From NCBI GenBank assembly GCA_037440025.1, contig JBBIUX010000001.1:1-64000 (forward strand): a DNA stretch of 64,000 nt, read 5' to 3'. A program made the translations under genes and the position numbers. The stretch comes from Candidatus Fraserbacteria bacterium (lineage in GTDB: Bacteria; Bipolaricaulota; Bipolaricaulia; RBG-16-55-9; DRXL01). The notes under the pieces were generated by a model. The model was not told the DNA's origin and did no database searches. It worked only from the letters and a program-made list of their open reading frames with translations. This document shows positions 28,943 to 36,731 of this stretch, piece by piece; within the stretch, counting starts at the first letter, position 1; each line of letters begins with the position of its first letter.

Positions 28943-29746
28943 TTATAATTCTTGGTGGGCTTGCTCGACCAGTCGCGCCCAGTCTATGGGCACACCGTGA
29001 GACGGCTCGTTGCGAATGTGCATAAAAAACTCGATATTCCCTGCCGGGCCTTTGATCGGAGAGAACGTCGCGTTCACGACCGAGAGCTTTAATTGATCTT
29101 GTGCGAAGCGCATGAGGTCTTCTAAGACATGCTGATGGGTGACAGAGTCTTTGACCACGCCGCCGCGCTGGACGTGCTCTCTGCCCGCTTCAAATTGGGG
29201 CTTGACCAGACAGATCAGATCGCCCTTGGGCGTGACGATCTCTTTGAGCGGGGGCAAGATCAATTTCAGCGAGATGAACGAGACATCGACAGTCGCGATA
29301 TCGACGGGTTCGCCGATCTGGTCGGGTGTGAGATACCGAGCGTTGATCTCTTCTAAGACCGTAACTCTAGGGTCGGTGCGCAGCTTCCAATCTAATTGTC
29401 CCTTGCCCACGTCTACGGCGTAAACTTTTCTGGCCCCGTGTTGCAGAAGGCAGTCGGTGAAGCCACCGGTCGAAGCGCCGACATCGAGACAGACTTTGTC
29501 CGTGATGTCTAAATGAAATGCGCGAAGCGCTTTTTCTAATTTGAGGCCGCCCTGGCCGACGTAGCGCTGCTGCTCTTTGACTGCGATGGGGGCATCAATG
29601 GGGACTTGGGCGCCGGGTTTGTCTATGATCTGTCCGGCGACGGAGACTTGCCCGGCGAGGATAGCGCGTTGGGCTTCAGTGCGTGATCTAACAAGGCCGC
29701 GCTCTACCAGCAAGAGATCAAGACGTAATTTCTTAAATAAGAGCAC
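28943..29746 (-). CDS. tlyA: TlyA rRNA (cytidine-2'-O)-methyltransferase
   Basis: S4 domain RLDLLL, GGLKL, LDVGASTGGFTD, DVSFISL, LVKPQFE, GNIEF. Confidence 0.95.
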   Translation of the reverse strand: MLLFKKLRLDLLLVERGLVRSRTEAQRAILAGQVSVAGQIIDKPGAQVPIDAPIAVKEQQRYVGQGGLKLEKALRAFHLDITDKVCLDVGASTGGFTDCLLQHGARKVYAVDVGKGQLDWKLRTDPRVTVLEEINARYLTPDQIGEPVDIATVDVSFISLKLILPPLKEIVTPKGDLICLVKPQFEAGREHVQRGGVVKDSVTHQHVLEDLMRFAQDQLKLSVVNATFSPIKGPAGNIEFFMHIRNEPSHGVPIDWARLVEQAHQEL

Positions 29747-30947
29747 TTGTTGTCTTCGTATACGCCTGCAACCCCTCTCGCAAAATTCTCATTGCTTTTT
29801 TCAGCGCATCTGTGTTGAGCACATACGCAATTCTCACTTCGTCGCGGCCCTTGCCCGGTGTGGCGTAGAACTCTGCTGCAGGCGCAAGCATCACCGTTTC
29901 GTTTTCGAGAGCAAAATCCGTCAGCAACCAGCGAGCAAAGTGCTCGGCGTCTTCGACGGGGAGTCTGGCGATCACATAAAACGCTCCTTGGGGCTTGGGA
30001 CAGAGCACGCCCGGCATCTTCTGGAGCTCTGAGTAAACCAAATCTCGGCGCCGCGCGAACTCCGCGATCATCTCGCGCACGAACTTCTGATAGTGTGAAG
30101 ATCGTAAGAGATGGACAAGGCCGGCTTGCTCCAGCGTCGGCGGGGAGAGCCGCGCCTGCGCGAACTTCAATGCTGACTCCATCACCGAAGCGTTCTTGCT
30201 CGCGATCACGCCCACTCGTGCTCCACAGGCCGAAAATCGCTTGGAAATGCTATCTACTAAAATCGCGCGATCTTCTATCCCTGACAATTGTAAGATGCTG
30301 ATCGCCTGGGCGCCGTCGTAGGTGAACTCACGGTAGACTTCGTCGGAGATCAGATAGAGGTTGTGGGCGCGCGCGATCTCTGCAAGCATTTCTAGCTCAG
30401 CGCGGGTGTAGACGACGCCGGTGGGGTTGCCAGGATTGCAGAAGAGTATGGCTTTCGTCTTAGGGGTGATCTTCGCTTCTATATACTTTCTGTCTGGGAG
30501 CCGGAAGCCATCTTCAGCGCGCGTCTCAATGGGCACGATCTGAATCCCTGTGATCTGGGCGTAGGAGTTATAGTTAGTGTAGAACGGCTCAGGGACTAAG
30601 ATAGCATCGCCGACGTCGGTGGCGGCGAGCAAGGCGAACGTGATCGCTTCGCTGCCCCCGGTGGTGACGATCAGCTCATCACGGCTCAGGTGGATGTCGA
30701 ACGTGCGATAGTACTCGGAGAGCGCGTCGAGCGTCTCATCCAGCCCCTGCGAGGGGCTGTAGGCTAAGACGCCTTGAGCAGCTTGACGAATGCCGTCAAA
30801 ATACTCTTTCGGTGTTGGGATGTCGGGTTGGCCGATATTTACGTGATAGACTTTCTTTCCGGCGTGTTTGGCTTGATCGGCTAAGGGTTTGAGTTTGCGG
30901 ATGGGCGAGGCCTGGACGATCCGCGCTCGCCAACTGATGGACGGCAT
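29733..30947 (-). CDS. PLP-dependent aminotransferase class I/II (aspartate aminotransferase-like)
   Basis: NIGQPD, NPGNPTG, SDEVY, DSISKRFSACGARVG; AAGGAGG SD before ATG at 30947. Confidence 0.93.
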   Translation of the reverse strand: MPSISWRARIVQASPIRKLKPLADQAKHAGKKVYHVNIGQPDIPTPKEYFDGIRQAAQGVLAYSPSQGLDETLDALSEYYRTFDIHLSRDELIVTTGGSEAITFALLAATDVGDAILVPEPFYTNYNSYAQITGIQIVPIETRAEDGFRLPDRKYIEAKITPKTKAILFCNPGNPTGVVYTRAELEMLAEIARAHNLYLISDEVYREFTYDGAQAISILQLSGIEDRAILVDSISKRFSACGARVGVIASKNASVMESALKFAQARLSPPTLEQAGLVHLLRSSHYQKFVREMIAEFARRRDLVYSELQKMPGVLCPKPQGAFYVIARLPVEDAEHFARWLLTDFALENETVMLAPAAEFYATPGKGRDEVRIAYVLNTDALKKAMRILREGLQAYTKTTSALI

Positions 30948-30971
30948 GAGTCCTCCTTTTGAAGTCGGCTC

Positions 30972-31082
30972 GGGCCGGCCCGCTCCAGAAACAGCGCCCG
31001 CAGGGACCGTCTTACCGTTGCTCCCTTCCGGGCCTGGCGGGGTTCGTCGGCCTGCGCCGCCGCTCCACAGCGAGCCGACCCC
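30972..31082 (-). ncRNA. ffs: signal recognition particle RNA (4.5S)
   Basis: Domain IV motif CCAGGCCCGGAAGGGAGCAA within a long hairpin; ends approximate. Confidence 0.9.
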
Positions 31083-31083
31083 A

Positions 31084-31152
31084 GCCAGACTTCGTCTGGA
31101 CTGTTCGCCGTGCCGCCAAAGGCGGCACGATGAACGGTGCAGGCGAAGCCTG
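31084..31152. repeat. multi-hairpin spacer element between tRNA-Ser and ffs
   Basis: Shares gccagacttcgtctggact(a/g)ttcgcc and ggcgaagcc with 6317-6380. Confidence 0.7.
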
Positions 31153-31153
31153 C

Positions 31154-31243
31154 TGGCGGAGAGGGTGGGATTCGAACCCACGACCGACTTTCGCCGGTAC
31201 GTGCTCTCCAGGCACGCCCCTTAGTCCACTCGGACACCTCTCC
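31154..31243 (-). tRNA. tRNA-Ser(GGA)
   Basis: Anticodon arm CGTGC-CT-GGA-GA-GCACG; long variable arm; CCA. Confidence 0.96.
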
Positions 31244-31252
31244 GGAGATTAC

Positions 31253-31305
31253 AGTGTAGCCCATAGCGCGGCGCTTTGCAACGACTCTGGACTTTCCTAT
31301 ACACT
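31253..31305. promoter_or_regulatory. divergent promoters sharing one palindromic -35 (TTGCAA)
   Basis: TTGCAA at 31276-31281; TACACT at 17 nt on the minus strand and at 18 nt on the plus strand. Confidence 0.55.
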
Positions 31306-31312
31306 ATGCCCG

Positions 31313-32137
31313 ATGAAACTCATCTGGCATCCGAAGTGTTTAGAGTACAGCGCCCCTGGACACCCAGAGAGCCCTGAACGCTTAAGCCGCGCCTACGCCT
31401 TCTTGAGCGATCCCCAACTCGGCTATGAGTTCGTCGAGGCTGAGCCGGCTACCGAAGAAGACCTCTTGCGCGTTCACTCAGCAAGACACATCGAAGATGT
31501 GAAGAAGCTCCGCTTCTACGATCCCGACTCCCCCAGATACCCCAATATTTTTGAGTACGCGCTGCTCTCCGCAGGAGCGGCGATCCAAGCGATGAAACTC
31601 AACGGCTTCTCGCTGATGCGCCCGCCGGGGCATCACGCGGCGAAGGAGCGCGTCGCCGGGTTCTGCTATTTCAATAATATTGCGATCGCCGTCAGAGCCT
31701 CAGCGAAAAAGACTCTCATTGTAGACATAGACGGCCACCACGGCGACGGCACCCAAGCTATTTTTCTCGGCGATCCCCAAGTGCTTTATATCTCGCTGCA
31801 CAGCTTTCCCAACTACCCCGGCACGGGTCTGCGCCCTGAGCAAAACTGCTATAATTATCCGTTGCCCTTCAATTGCGGAGACGAAGTCTATCTGAAGACG
31901 CTGGACGGAGCTCTCGAATCTGTGAATACGCCGGGGATCGAGCAGGTGGCTGTTTCGGCGGGGTTTGACACGTACTATAAAGACCCGCTGGCGTCGCTGG
32001 GGGTAACGGGCTATAAAGAGATCGGGATGCGCCTGAGCAAGTTGGGCTTACCGGTCTTTGGGGTTCTGGAAGGCGGGTATCAGGTCGAAGACCTGGGACG
32101 GAACATTCATGCGCTGTTGAGTGGGATGAAATCCTAG
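31313..32137 (+). CDS. histone deacetylase family protein
   Basis: HPESPER, RPPGHHA, GFCYFNN, DIDGHHGDGT, SAGFD, LEGGY. Confidence 0.94.
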   Translation: MKLIWHPKCLEYSAPGHPESPERLSRAYAFLSDPQLGYEFVEAEPATEEDLLRVHSARHIEDVKKLRFYDPDSPRYPNIFEYALLSAGAAIQAMKLNGFSLMRPPGHHAAKERVAGFCYFNNIAIAVRASAKKTLIVDIDGHHGDGTQAIFLGDPQVLYISLHSFPNYPGTGLRPEQNCYNYPLPFNCGDEVYLKTLDGALESVNTPGIEQVAVSAGFDTYYKDPLASLGVTGYKEIGMRLSKLGLPVFGVLEGGYQVEDLGRNIHALLSGMKS

Positions 32138-33288
32138 AGCCTCAATGCCCCGTACTCATACTGACAGGGCGGCCCGCTCGCGATAGCAAAAATTTTCTCA
32201 GTTAAGTCCATCACGACCGAAATGACGCTCTGATAGCGCTCTTCGGGCGGGAAGTTCTCGTCGGGATGGCGACAGAGCGAGTACGGGAAATCGTCGTGAT
32301 CGCGCAAGATCTCGATAGCTCGCTCAAGAGAAAGCTGAGAGCTTGTGCGCAGCAGATGCTGGACGCGAGCGAGTCGCTGTTTGGTGCTAGGGCGTTTGGA
32401 GGGCTGCACTTCGCGCGTCAATCCGACGGCTTGCGGCTGGAGAAAGTGATTGGTGTGTGCGAGCCACCCATCGTGCGCAAAAAACTGACTAATTCCCGTG
32501 GGTGCAGTCTCTAGATTGATTACTCTGTCAGGCGTCTGGGCGATGATGAAATTTGCAGAAACGCCGCGCTCGCCCTCGGTGACGACGCGCACCGCCTGAT
32601 CAAACTCTGTGCAGCGCAAGATCTCCCAACACCGCACATGGAAGGGCTTCGCCAGCAGCGCCCAGTTGTCGTGCTCCGAGTTCAACCCGTTTATAGCTAA
32701 TCCCAAGCCCGCTGAGTTGAGCCCGATCTTGCCCCCCACGATCCCCGCTTCGGTGAAACAGAGAATATCGGGTACGCCCGGCTCGTGAATCTTCAGAATG
32801 AGCCCGTGAACGTCGGGAATCCAATCCCAGTTCTCAGCTACAAGTAGGTGTCCGTTGGCGGTCTTTGGGGGCAGCACGGCAAAGCTGGTGCAGCCGTCGG
32901 GGGCCCTCACCCCCAACCCCTCTCCCGTGGATGACCCACGGGAGAGGGGTGGCGAAGCCGGGGTGAGGGCCTGTCGCGTCACTTCGCTATAAATCAACTC
33001 GTAGCGCGCATTGAGCGCCGCGATCTCTAAGAGCTCCGCTCCAGAGCCTTCGGCCACCCCACGCATGGCTTCAGCGTGCTGCGGCGCGAGCTTTTCGATG
33101 ACGCGCAAATAGAGCCCGGCGCGTCGCAGCACTTCGGCCTTGGGGAGTTTCGTTTCGCGCTCGAAACGGTGAAAATAAATTCTGAGATTGTGCGCGATCT
33201 CTGCTCGCGCGTGTCGGCCGTGCGCGAGCCCTTGCTCGTAAGAAGAGCCTTCAAGATGCAGCATGGGCAGAGTCGTCGCGGCGCGCAT
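32134..33288 (-). CDS. peptidase C45 / acyl-CoA:6-APA acyltransferase family (Ntn hydrolase)
   Basis: GSSYEQGLAHG, LNARYE, GCTS autocleavage motif, ENWDW, TEAG, GLNSAG, HTNHF. Confidence 0.88.
   Translation of the reverse strand: MRAATTLPMLHLEGSSYEQGLAHGRHARAEIAHNLRIYFHRFERETKLPKAEVLRRAGLYLRVIEKLAPQHAEAMRGVAEGSGAELLEIAALNARYELIYSEVTRQALTPASPPLSRGSSTGEGLGVRAPDGCTSFAVLPPKTANGHLLVAENWDWIPDVHGLILKIHEPGVPDILCFTEAGIVGGKIGLNSAGLGLAINGLNSEHDNWALLAKPFHVRCWEILRCTEFDQAVRVVTEGERGVSANFIIAQTPDRVINLETAPTGISQFFAHDGWLAHTNHFLQPQAVGLTREVQPSKRPSTKQRLARVQHLLRTSSQLSLERAIEILRDHDDFPYSLCRHPDENFPPEERYQSVISVVMDLTEKIFAIASGPPCQYEYGALRL
32902..32971. repeat. family A palindromic repeat inserted in frame in the C45 gene
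   Basis: GGCC at both ends; net 66 bp adds 22 aa. Confidence 0.85.
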
Positions 33289-33289
33289 C

Positions 33290-33478
33290 TCAGAACTCTT
33301 TGGCAAACGTAATCCAATCAGCAACGTAGCGTTTGAAGAGATATTTGCTTCGATCAAATTTCTCGTCGTCATAGCGGATCTCTTCGGCGCTGTAGCGATA
33401 TTCGGGGTAGATCGCGTTGCCGATCTCGGCGATCGCTGGGTAGTCGCTTGGCTGAAACTCGCGCAGTTGTAAACTCAT
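33290..33478 (-). pseudogene. N-terminal fragment of a GNAT-like acetyltransferase
   Basis: LREFQPSDYPAIAEIGNAIYP resembles a GNAT beta1-alpha1 start; only 62 aa. Confidence 0.5.
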
Positions 33479-33544
33479 AAGCGAATGCTGTCCCTAAAGA
33501 TTATGCCCCTGAGTTTACTGGAACGACCTGATCTCTTCAAGAGA

Positions 33545-36235
33545 TCAGTCTTCGAAGGTGTGAGAGACGCCGTAATCGCTGAGCAGCTTCTCCAGTTCTT
33601 GTTTGAGTGTCGGCGGAATTCCGTCGGTCTCGATGACGAGTTGTACTCGGCCGGAGAGCTGCTTGAGCTGTTCCGCAGCCTTGAGGATGGGATAGAGCAT
33701 CTGGGTGTGGGTTGAGATCGTCAGGCGCTTGGGCAGGGGCGAGCCCGCTTCAGTCTTTGGTGGCAACGACTGACTAGGCGTCGTTGGAGCTTCTCCCTCA
33801 GCTACGACTGTCCCAAGATGCTCTGGGCGGGCGATCCACTGAGCTGCTTTCTCCGGTCGGATGAGCCAACCTGTGTCAAGATCTATCAGCCCTGTGCTGA
33901 GCTCTTCGTTGAACGTCACGTTCTCCAAGGGATCGCTGTGGCTCTTGCGCGTAGCGTAGCCGAATGTTCCGGCCTTCACGCCCTGAGCGACGGCGCTTCT
34001 CAGAACACCCTCATCAGCAAGCAAGGGCAACCCGGGTGTGCTGAGAAACGCTTGGTAGGCGGCCTTCAGTGCGACTTCTCCCTGCTCTTTGCCCCAGACG
34101 AACTCTTTGATAAAGTCCGGCGCGAGCGCCTCGACCAAAAGCCCTTGATCTTTCAGAGCCTGCCAAGCCCGATCTGCCAATATGGCAGCAGCACTCAAAC
34201 TCTCTCGTGAGGTCAAACGCACTTCTTTGAGGCCCTCGCGAGTTGGGCGCACCAGTACGTTGTAGGCGCGCCGGAGCGCTTCTTGTAGCTCCTTTTGTGA
34301 CTGCTTGAAGCGCGCGTGCACGTCTGTTTGGTCCTCGTCATCGAGAGAGCGAAACTGCGCCGACGCTTTGAAAGCTTCGAGGGCTTTTTGCTTGCGGGCT
34401 TTGCTGCGCGCTGTGGCCAGCTCGCTCTGGTCAGCCAGGAGAAAGACCAGCTCGTTCTTGTGCACACGATAGCCTGAGCCACACGACTGCACGAATGACT
34501 CCAGTTGCTTCTTGCCCTCTTCACTGGCGCTCCCTTGGGAGTGGACAATAACGAGCGTGGGCTCCGGGCGGTCTTCGATGTCACGGCTTTCCTTGGGCCA
34601 TAAAGACACGCGAAAATTCGCGCGACCGGCGATTGCACTGAGCGTTTCGCCAATGGTCTCTTCGATCCGCTCGTCGGTGACGCCGGCTTCGTAGTCTTGT
34701 AAAACTTTATTGAGATTGGGCCGGGACTCGAAGCGATAGCGCTGGTCTTTATAGACAAGATACCAGAGTCGGTCGCGCAGGCGATTGAGGGCTTCGGTGG
34801 CCAGTGCTGGGTTGAGGCCGGGGCGCAGCAAAGCCATATTAAGCTCTTCGGGTGAGGCCCCTCTATCTTGGGCAGCCGCCGAGATGCTGTAGAGAAAGAT
34901 GCTGCCGGCCAAGCCGCGCGCCAACTTCTCTCTATAATAATCGCCTCTCAACTCTTCATCTATAGCGCGGCCCTTCTCCAGAACATCGCTGGTGACGACG
35001 GTATCGAACTCGCTCCCTAACAGTTTGACCACCTCGGAGCGCGTCGTGCGGTCGGCAAGGTCCCCATGACAGAGTTGAATGAGATAGGCAGAGCCAGGAC
35101 GCTCATGCCACAGCCGTCGGATCACTAGCGCCAAGAGTCTTAAGGCCCCGCGCGTCCGCTGAAACTGCGGATGCGGCCCCCAGCGCTGATAGAGCAAGTC
35201 AATCAGCTCAGGATGAAACGGGTAGGCTTGTTCCATGCGATTGCGATAGGCCAGCGTTCGCACGTCATCAGGGAAGGAGCGCGCATGGTCGTCGTAGTAG
35301 CTACGAAAAGCATCGGAGACGGCGCGAATCTCTTTGTTGGAGGGCAGGGTGCGAAAGAGTCGCTTCTGCAAGACCCCGAAGACCTCATCTTGCGCTACTG
35401 GGGTCTCGACCTTCTCGACGCGCCCGAAGATCTTTTTACTATAGTCGAATAATCTTTGGGCTTCTTCGGGCGTGCCCCCTGCAATTTCTAGCACGGAGGC
35501 GGGCAGCGAGACGACCAACACACAATTGGAGAGCCCTGAGGCAGCCACACTCAGCTCATGTAGAAAAGCCTGAGTCTGCTCTGAAAGATCACCTGTGCCT
35601 ACGGGTACACCCTTCGCTTTGACCAGATACTGCAAGACCTCGTCCATCAAGATGAGGGCGGGGGCTGAAGCCCGTAATAGTTTCGTCAGTAGCTCGCTGC
35701 CAGGCGCGGTGCGGGCTTCATCGGCCTCACGCACCAGCTCATAGAGGGCTTTGCCGCCCAGCTTATAAGCCAATTCGCCCCAGAGCGTGCGCAGCTCTAA
35801 GCCGTCCACTTTACGGCCCTGTGGGCTGAGGGCTACGCCATCGAGAACCGCCACGGCGATGGGCTTGGAAGGCAAGGGCAACTCTCTCTTGAGAACCTCG
35901 CTCAGCAGCCTAGGCTGCCGTGCGGCGTGGTAGAGCGCCACGAGCGTGTGGGTCTTGCCGCCGCCGAAGGGTGTCTGCAGCTGCAAAACGGGCGCGCCCT
36001 TGTCTTTCTCGCCCGAGAGCCGCCCCAGCACGCCCTCTAAAAGATTCTCCAAGCTCTTCGTCATGAAAGTTTTCTCAAAGAAGCGTTCGGGCTCGGTGTA
36101 GTCTGAAGAAGCTTCGCCCGTTTCGACTTGATGGAGACTCGCGGCGAAGAGCGCCAGATTTAATTCTCCTGAAAAGACGTCGGGATGGGGCTCGCAGAGC
36201 TCCCAGACTCTGGGAATAGATTTCTTCTTGCCCAT
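33545..36235 (-). CDS. DUF499 AAA+ ATPase (restriction-like/BREX-related system)
   Basis: PHPDV, LFAASL, LQTPFGGGKTH, TLWGELA, ILMDEV, YPFHPEL, FQRTRGALR. Confidence 0.92.
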   Translation of the reverse strand: MGKKKSIPRVWELCEPHPDVFSGELNLALFAASLHQVETGEASSDYTEPERFFEKTFMTKSLENLLEGVLGRLSGEKDKGAPVLQLQTPFGGGKTHTLVALYHAARQPRLLSEVLKRELPLPSKPIAVAVLDGVALSPQGRKVDGLELRTLWGELAYKLGGKALYELVREADEARTAPGSELLTKLLRASAPALILMDEVLQYLVKAKGVPVGTGDLSEQTQAFLHELSVAASGLSNCVLVVSLPASVLEIAGGTPEEAQRLFDYSKKIFGRVEKVETPVAQDEVFGVLQKRLFRTLPSNKEIRAVSDAFRSYYDDHARSFPDDVRTLAYRNRMEQAYPFHPELIDLLYQRWGPHPQFQRTRGALRLLALVIRRLWHERPGSAYLIQLCHGDLADRTTRSEVVKLLGSEFDTVVTSDVLEKGRAIDEELRGDYYREKLARGLAGSIFLYSISAAAQDRGASPEELNMALLRPGLNPALATEALNRLRDRLWYLVYKDQRYRFESRPNLNKVLQDYEAGVTDERIEETIGETLSAIAGRANFRVSLWPKESRDIEDRPEPTLVIVHSQGSASEEGKKQLESFVQSCGSGYRVHKNELVFLLADQSELATARSKARKQKALEAFKASAQFRSLDDEDQTDVHARFKQSQKELQEALRRAYNVLVRPTREGLKEVRLTSRESLSAAAILADRAWQALKDQGLLVEALAPDFIKEFVWGKEQGEVALKAAYQAFLSTPGLPLLADEGVLRSAVAQGVKAGTFGYATRKSHSDPLENVTFNEELSTGLIDLDTGWLIRPEKAAQWIARPEHLGTVVAEGEAPTTPSQSLPPKTEAGSPLPKRLTISTHTQMLYPILKAAEQLKQLSGRVQLVIETDGIPPTLKQELEKLLSDYGVSHTFED

Positions 36236-36247
36236 GGCATACTCCCT

Positions 36248-36520
36248 TCAGTAGACATCGCCTCGTGACGAAATTACCTCGACAGAGACAACCTTCTTCT
36301 CCTGATCCACCTTGTACACCACGCGGAGTTTGCCTACCCGATAGCGCAACCTGCCCTTGAGTCTGCCCCAAAGCCGCTTGATGCCGTGATGCTCAAAGTC
36401 GAAAGGATCATGTTCCAAGGCTGCAAAGCATTCGTCGAGTCTCTGAGCTGTGCTCTTATCCACACGCTGGTAATAGTTTGCAGCATTCTTCGATAGCTCG
36501 ACGCGATACTTAGCGTGCAT
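36248..36520 (-). CDS. RelE/ParE-family toxin
   Basis: YRVELSKNA, IKRLWG, RYRVGKLRVVY, RGDVY. Confidence 0.88.
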   Translation of the reverse strand: MHAKYRVELSKNAANYYQRVDKSTAQRLDECFAALEHDPFDFEHHGIKRLWGRLKGRLRYRVGKLRVVYKVDQEKKVVSVEVISSRGDVY

Positions 36521-36731
36521 TGCTGCGCTTGATCTTCCGCCATGGGATAGTCTCACCGCGCTCGACCTCGGCCTTGCCTTTTTCCCAAGCTTTCATAAAA
36601 GTTTCATCTTCGAGGAGTTCTAGCGTTGCGCCCCACTCCTCCAAGCGCTCCATCAACATCAACAGATCGCGCACCATTTCGTTCGGCAGTTCGTCAATGA
36701 TTGCTTTAGCCCGCTCTTTGACCGTCATCAC
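36510..36731 (-). CDS. antitoxin partner of RelE
   Basis: ATLELLEDETFM...GKAEVERGETIPW; overlaps both the toxin and the methyltransferase stop. Confidence 0.8.
   Translation of the reverse strand: MMTVKERAKAIIDELPNEMVRDLLMLMERLEEWGATLELLEDETFMKAWEKGKAEVERGETIPWRKIKRSNAR

Noticed and set aside
29733..32137. Long N-terminal extensions of the aminotransferase (to 31181) and the HDAC (from 30959)
   Set aside because: They run through ffs and tRNA-Ser; better starts exist at 30947 and 31313
33513..33530. Possible degenerate 3' att copy (ctggaacgacctg vs ctggtacgcccgg) bounding the defence operon
   Set aside because: Only 10/13 matches, which could be chance; position is suggestive but needs strain comparison
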